This document shows positions 59,165 through 64,000 of a DNA stretch of 64,000 bases, piece after piece. A program made the translations under genes and the position numbers. Origin of the DNA: Candidatus Danuiimicrobium aquiferis (GTDB lineage Bacteria > Omnitrophota > Omnitrophia > Omnitrophales > Danuiimicrobiaceae); assembly GCA_001804285.1 (NCBI GenBank), contig MHFR01000037.1:19552-83551 (forward strand). The letters are read 5' to 3'. Positions within the stretch are counted from its first letter, which is position 1; the number at the start of each line of letters is the position of its first letter. Under the pieces are notes generated by a model. That model was not told where the DNA came from. It saw only the letters and a list, made by a program, of their open reading frames with translations, and searched no databases.

Positions 59165-60279
59165 TTGAGTCGAATCGCTAATCCGATACTGACCGGTAAA
59201 TATGGAATGAGAGGTTTTAACAGTTCCGATTTTAACGACGGATCCAGCTTCAACCTTTGTGTTGGGTCCCACTTTTGGACCGGAATTTCAAGCCGTTTTT
59301 GTAAAAGCTCCGGCAGCATCCCCGTCTGTGAATACCCCCCCGAGATAAAAAGAGATTCGATCGGCGGTGCATTTTCACGCTGATTGAAATAATAATTGAT
59401 CGAAAGTTTTAATTCGTGAAACACACGTTCAAGGCTCTCTTGAATCGCCTCTTGATATTCCGGTTTTGTCGCGTCGTTTGAATACTGAATCTGCGCAGCC
59501 TCTCCATCCGTTATGTTTAATTTCCGTTTAATACTGGCGATTGCGTCACTTCCGCCAAATGCAATATCACGGGAAAACACCAGCATCCCTTTGTCCCGAA
59601 TCATAAAAGTCGTATCTCGCCCCCCAAAGTCCACCACGCCGACCACTTTTTCGCTCATTTCCGGCATCCCTAATTCAAATGCGTTTGAGCATGCAAGCGT
59701 ATCCACATCAATCGCGTTGATTTCGAGGCCCGCAAATTGTGCAAGCTGAATTAATTTTTGGACCTCGGTCTTGCGGGCTGCGACCAAAATGACCGGCATC
59801 GTTGTCCCGGATTTACCGGGCTCGTTATCTTTCTCGTTAATATGAAAATCCAGCATCACATCTGAAAGATTGAAAGGAAGATATTTTTCCGCTTCAAATT
59901 GAAGAGCACTTTCAAAATCCGAACGGTTCATGCGAGGAAAACGCAAGAACCGAATGACAATCCCCTGCCCTTTCAGCGAAAGATTGACTTTCTTCGACTG
60001 AAAACCCGCTTCCTGCAAAAACGTCTTGAGCTGCTGCCCAACGGACCCTTCCGTTAACTCTTTCCGGTAGCATTTCTCAAGAACGAGTTCGCTTCCGCCA
60101 TGAAGCATTTCTGCAGCGATAATACTCGATCGGCCAATATTTAATCCAATCCGGCGCGTAATCTCGACTGTTTGTTTTTTTTGTCCGGATGAGAATTTCA
60201 TCTTATCTTTAAGCGAGCTGAAAAATTTAACAACTTCTTGCGTCGGCAATTGCTTTAACATAACAATACCCGTTTTCAT
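59161..60279 (-). CDS. pilM: type IV pilus assembly ATPase-fold protein PilM
   Basis: 372 aa with an actin-like ATPase fold (..GLNIGRSSI.., DIGGGTT-like DFGGRDTTF). Confidence 0.85.
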   Translation of the reverse strand: MKTGIVMLKQLPTQEVVKFFSSLKDKMKFSSGQKKQTVEITRRIGLNIGRSSIIAAEMLHGGSELVLEKCYRKELTEGSVGQQLKTFLQEAGFQSKKVNLSLKGQGIVIRFLRFPRMNRSDFESALQFEAEKYLPFNLSDVMLDFHINEKDNEPGKSGTTMPVILVAARKTEVQKLIQLAQFAGLEINAIDVDTLACSNAFELGMPEMSEKVVGVVDFGGRDTTFMIRDKGMLVFSRDIAFGGSDAIASIKRKLNITDGEAAQIQYSNDATKPEYQEAIQESLERVFHELKLSINYYFNQRENAPPIESLFISGGYSQTGMLPELLQKRLEIPVQKWDPTQRLKLDPSLKSELLKPLIPYLPVSIGLAIRLK

Positions 60280-60357
60280 TTAGCTTACTCTTCAATTATT
60301 TACTTAGGTTCTGAAAATTTTAAGGCGTCATAATCACAACTCTTTGATAGGAATGAG

Positions 60358-60521
60358 CTGTCATCCCCGAATGCCTTCCCGCGGAACAGAGCGGGCCGGC
60401 CCAATTTTCCCTGGGTGTCGGGGACCCATATTTTTTCTGGATTCCCGCTTACCCCTGAAAAGCTGGGGCCGGCCCTTTCTTTCCCAAGGGAAGCCTGCGG
60501 GAATAACAGAAAACGCAGAAC
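60358..60521 (-). repeat. family-B repeat, largest expanded copy (two nested GGGCCGGCCC cores)
   Basis: CTGTCATCCCCG...GCGGGCCGGCCC...GGATTCCCGC...GGGGCCGGCCC...GCGGGAATAACAGAAAACGCAGAAC. Located between the glycosyltransferase-like gene and pilM. Confidence 0.7.
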
Positions 60522-60568
60522 TTAAATTATTATACTATCTTTATGAACGTCCAAAACAGGTTTTATGT

Positions 60569-62191
60569 TTAGCTTGTTTTTGCTCTATTTTCAGTCAGGG
60601 CAAAACCTGGCACACCGTTATATTGATTCGTTTTAATTCGCCGCAACACAAAGGCTCCTTTTTGAACTAAAATATCGGTATATTTTGAAAGAAATGTTTG
60701 AAAGATTGCGAGTTCTCTCACTTCTAACCCAAATTTCGGATCAGCAATAAACTGTTCGTCAATCAGCAAATGCGTCATTTTATTTGCCTCAAAAAACTGG
60801 AAAAGCTGCTCCGGTTTTTCAATTTCTTTCAACCTTTTGTCCAGTCTCCATCGCTCAAAAACAAAATCAGCTGTCCAATTGCAGTTAAGGTAATAAACAT
60901 AATTTTTCGTATTCACCAAATAGACTTTGTCATTAGGCCCCACAATTTTATTCGTCTGCCGATACATCTCAAAATAAACACCCAATCGACGGGATAAATA
61001 AGCTTCGCGGCTTTCTTTGCCAAGCCAAAAATTGAGCGGCTCCGCAGCCCAAAGTGCCCGAACCCCCGTCAAGCAATTAAACGCGATCAAACCATATACG
61101 ACAAAACGGATGATTTTGCTTTTCGTCTGTGAAAGCCCGTATCCAAGCAAAACGCACATCACCGGTAGAATGGGGACTAAAAACCTCACTTGCATAGTCG
61201 TAAACGCCCAGTAATAAAAGTATAAAATTGTGAATAAACCCAGCAATTTGATTTCTCTCGACAGTTTTTTCTTATATAGTAAAAAAGGGATCAAAAGGAA
61301 TACGGGGCCAAGGACACCCTCATAATAGCGCTGATCGTCAAACTTTCCCTGAATAAAAATTAAAATCGGAGCAAGAACCGTATGCCAAATTGATTCTTGT
61401 CCTATCGGCGCTCCAAATGTCCCGAGCCAACCCAAATAAAACCGTGCACGTTCCGGATCCCAATTAATCTCGGGTTTCAATGGGAGCCCGCCGAAATCAA
61501 ACGGAAAAAACGGCCAGCCAGTTAGAAAATAATTCCTGATTAAATACGGAGAAACGACGGCAATTGAAACTACCGGCAAAATCACGAGCTCAAATGGAAA
61601 ATTCTTTCGTTTGCCGATCAATCGCTCGATTAAAATAAAAATTGTCGCAAGAATCAGCAACTGAAACCCTGTATACTTCGTCGCCATCGCCCCGCCAACC
61701 ATCAAACTAATTGCAAAAATCCACCTCATTCTCCCGTTCTCAAAATATTTCAGCATCGAAACAACCGCAAGAAATGTAAATAAAGTATAAAATAAATCAA
61801 CATAGGCAAGCGTCATCAGTTCCATAATTGACGGGGCCGTTAGAAAAATAACCGCCGATAGCACGGCCTGCCCAGGAGCCAGATATTTCCGTGAAAACCG
61901 GTAAATTGCCGCCGCGATGGCGAGTCCGCATAAAAAATGAATTGCCTTCGCTCCCAAAACGCCGAACAAAGGATAAATCAGAGAAAACAAAGATTCTCCA
62001 AGCTGGGGAAAATAAAAATATATATTATCCGCGGAAAACGGAAACCCTTTATGCTGAAAAATCGAACTCGCAAGCGGAAGGTGATAAATCAGTTCGTCAG
62101 TAGAAATGGGCGGAAGAAATATGAAGCCGAACAGAAGCAATAAAAAACCGGCACCGGCCAACCACAACAGGATGTCTGATTTTTTTGTCAT
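60569..62191 (-). CDS. multi-TM glycosyltransferase-like membrane protein (GT39/ArnT/PMT_2-like)
   Basis: 540 aa with more than 10 hydrophobic helices and a long loop with aromatic residues. The family assignment is tentative. Confidence 0.45.
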   Translation of the reverse strand: MTKKSDILLWLAGAGFLLLLFGFIFLPPISTDELIYHLPLASSIFQHKGFPFSADNIYFYFPQLGESLFSLIYPLFGVLGAKAIHFLCGLAIAAAIYRFSRKYLAPGQAVLSAVIFLTAPSIMELMTLAYVDLFYTLFTFLAVVSMLKYFENGRMRWIFAISLMVGGAMATKYTGFQLLILATIFILIERLIGKRKNFPFELVILPVVSIAVVSPYLIRNYFLTGWPFFPFDFGGLPLKPEINWDPERARFYLGWLGTFGAPIGQESIWHTVLAPILIFIQGKFDDQRYYEGVLGPVFLLIPFLLYKKKLSREIKLLGLFTILYFYYWAFTTMQVRFLVPILPVMCVLLGYGLSQTKSKIIRFVVYGLIAFNCLTGVRALWAAEPLNFWLGKESREAYLSRRLGVYFEMYRQTNKIVGPNDKVYLVNTKNYVYYLNCNWTADFVFERWRLDKRLKEIEKPEQLFQFFEANKMTHLLIDEQFIADPKFGLEVRELAIFQTFLSKYTDILVQKGAFVLRRIKTNQYNGVPGFALTENRAKTS

Positions 62192-62253
62192 AGAATCATC
62201 AACGATTATCTACCTCAAAACCTTTTTTTATGAAAATATCATATTAGCGGAAT

Positions 62254-63483
62254 TCAAGCGCTTAAAAATCGCGATGCGGAAATTTTGTAATCGTTCTGCT
62301 TCCCGACATGCAGGACGCCTTCTTCCTTGACGATCTGGACAAGCGGGATTCCGCCCAACACCGAAGCGAAGTGATACAGATGTGGCGCCAATGGTTCATC
62401 CTTCAGTTTGGCCTCGATAAGCAACCATGGCTCGCGATTTTTCAGAATCAAAAAATCACATTCCTGACCTTTCCGGTTCTTGATATATTGTAGCTCGAAC
62501 GTTCCAATTCCGGAATCTGACCACAGCATCGTCCAACCAAATAACTCTACAGCAACATAATTTTCAAATTGTTTGCCCAAATCCGGCATGCGTGTCCAGT
62601 CAAAAAAATAAACCTTCCGTTCCTTCTTCAGGGAACGATTAATTTTCTTGGTATAAACGCAAAGCTCAAACAAAACGTAACACAGCCTAAGCGCATCGAG
62701 ATAATTCCGGATCGCTTCATGACTCACTTCCAAATCGCCTCGCAGAGAATTAACGGAAAGCGGACTGCCAATCCTGGCCGGAAGCAATGTCACAAGTGTC
62801 GCAACATTCTCAAGATGAGCTATTCTCGTCAAATCTCTCAAATCCTCTCTCACAAGACGGTCCAGCCCGTCCCGCTGCCAAAGGCGCAAAAACGAGGCAT
62901 CTGCGTGAAAAAACGGTTCCGGAAACCCGCTATACGCCAACAAGGCTTCCATCGTCGATTGATCTGAATGACGGGTGTGCGCAATTCGCCGTTGAATAAA
63001 ATCGCTTGCCGACACACAATGCTCCAGTTCGACCTCAGACTTGCGGGTCAGTTCAAACAAGTTAAGCGGAAGAAGGTGAAAGAGAAAATATCGCCCCGCG
63101 AGGCTGTCTCCCGATTTTCGGAACAAATCAAGCCGCGCACTTCCCGTAATAAGAAATCGGACACTATCTTCATAAGCGTCAAAGTAGGATTTTAGAATAT
63201 TTTTCCATTTTGGCATCTTATGAATTTCATCAAAACACGCCCATTGAATGTGCTTCTGGCTTGGGGAAATTGCACGGGATTCCCGAATTAAATCAACACC
63301 TTTAGCATGTTTAATTTTAATATCCCGCTGATCCCAATTCCAATAAGCAACGGAACAGGATTCGGCGTCTAAGTGCGCCTTAGCGAGCGTGGTTTTTCCG
63401 CTCTGTCGCGGGCCGGCAATAAACCTCATTTGCCGCCCCCACTTGGGCGAACAAGCTATCGAGGAAAGCAATCTTGTAACCAT
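62254..63483 (-). CDS. AAA+ ATPase with a DUF4143-type C-terminal domain (COG1373 family)
   Basis: 409 aa. Walker A GPRQSGKTT and Walker B LVFDEIH... Confidence 0.8.
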   Translation of the reverse strand: MVTRLLSSIACSPKWGRQMRFIAGPRQSGKTTLAKAHLDAESCSVAYWNWDQRDIKIKHAKGVDLIRESRAISPSQKHIQWACFDEIHKMPKWKNILKSYFDAYEDSVRFLITGSARLDLFRKSGDSLAGRYFLFHLLPLNLFELTRKSEVELEHCVSASDFIQRRIAHTRHSDQSTMEALLAYSGFPEPFFHADASFLRLWQRDGLDRLVREDLRDLTRIAHLENVATLVTLLPARIGSPLSVNSLRGDLEVSHEAIRNYLDALRLCYVLFELCVYTKKINRSLKKERKVYFFDWTRMPDLGKQFENYVAVELFGWTMLWSDSGIGTFELQYIKNRKGQECDFLILKNREPWLLIEAKLKDEPLAPHLYHFASVLGGIPLVQIVKEEGVLHVGKQNDYKISASRFLSA

Positions 63484-63631
63484 ATGACAAGTTTACCCCA
63501 TACCCAAAAAATGTCAAGCCAGATTTCGACACCACCTGAAAATTGTCATTCTGATAAGGAGGAATTCCACTGGAGACATCTTTTCATTGCAACCAAAAAC
63601 CATGGCTTTCGATCGACTGTCACCAGAAAAT

Positions 63632-63640
63632 CCCCCCCCC
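63632..63640. repeat. homopolymeric C9/G9 tract in the promoter region of the AAA ATPase gene
   Basis: tCCCCCCCCCa read directly, followed 10 nt later by T7. It lies about 150 nt upstream of the minus-strand ATPase start. Confidence 0.8.
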
Positions 63641-63686
63641 ATGGTCTCCGTTTTTTTGCGCACAGTTCCGTCACTTGTTAGTTATT

Positions 63687-64000
63687 TTAGCTCAAATCAT
63701 AAATTTTATAAGTCCTATTTTCATAAACAATCGGCAGATCAAAAGCCCTCTTTTCAACCAAATATTCTGCGTGAACCAATTGACCCAATCGTTGAAAATC
63801 AGCCGCGGTTTTAAATTTTTCATTGTATGCTTTCGTTGTTTCCTGAAACCAGCGCCCAACCGTAGCTGTTTGATAGGCTTTATTCACCCCAAGGAGATTG
63901 ATTAAAAATTGATCTATCTTGAATGCTTCTATGTTCGGATAATACATATACTCCAGTTGCGGATAAGGATTAAACACCGGCCGCTCACTGAAGCTTCTCC
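63687..64000 (-). CDS. hypothetical protein, 3' portion (gene continues beyond the window end)
   Basis: Open frame of at least 96 aa running into the window edge (...DFQRLGQLVHAEYLVEKRAFDLPIVYENRTYKIYDLS*). No family recognised. Confidence 0.35.
   Translation of the reverse strand, partial: RSFSERPVFNPYPQLEYMYYPNIEAFKIDQFLINLLGVNKAYQTATVGRWFQETTKAYNEKFKTAADFQRLGQLVHAEYLVEKRAFDLPIVYENRTYKIYDLS

Noticed and set aside
37773-60521. CRISPR array
   Set aside because: The repeat families are palindromic hairpins of unequal size scattered at irregular intervals. There is no array of identical direct repeats with unique spacers, and no cas genes.

Overview
This 64-kb prokaryotic window is densely coding and shows a striking strand organisation. 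Every credible gene from 1 to 47792 is on the + strand and every credible gene from 47862 to the end is on the - strand. The convergence point (47793-47861) carries a 28-mer that matches the Firmicutes-type XerCD dif consensus at 24 of 28 positions, so the window probably spans the replication terminus.

The + block is housekeeping. It runs def(partial)-fmt, a GT4 glycosyltransferase, gap-pgk-tpiA-secG, a GalT-family gene, recG, rsmD, coaD, then yceD-rpmF-plsX-fabH-fabD-fabG-acpP-fabF, smc, pgsA, a PC4-like small gene, and recA-recX-alaS. alaS runs with gaps of 25 nt or less into hisD-B-H-A, a membrane ORF, hisF-I, trpE-G-D-C-F and a sigma54-type two-component pair. After that come dnaK, a Bat-like aerotolerance operon (moxR, DUF58, two BatD-like membrane proteins, batA, batB, Q-rich TPR batC) and yqeY.

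The - block holds a second def, an ACT-domain protein, cca, acyP, an MFS transporter, three small hypotheticals, RNase G, pilMNOPQ, a multi-TM glycosyltransferase-like protein and a DUF4143 AAA ATPase. No rRNA, tRNA, CRISPR array or transposase was found.

The main non-coding signal is three families of structured intergenic repeats. Family A is a roughly 190-bp composite of at least five hairpins, present in five copies, always in the same orientation relative to transcription, with compensatory base changes between copies that preserve the stems. Two full-length copies form an inverted pair that brackets a 3.3-kb, five-gene cassette containing the dif candidate. Family B is built on an ATTCCCGC...GCGGGAAT palindrome. 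Family C is a GC-rich hairpin with a perfect 24-25-bp stem. Several near-consensus sigma70-type promoters (TTGACA-16/17-TATAAT) are visible directly.
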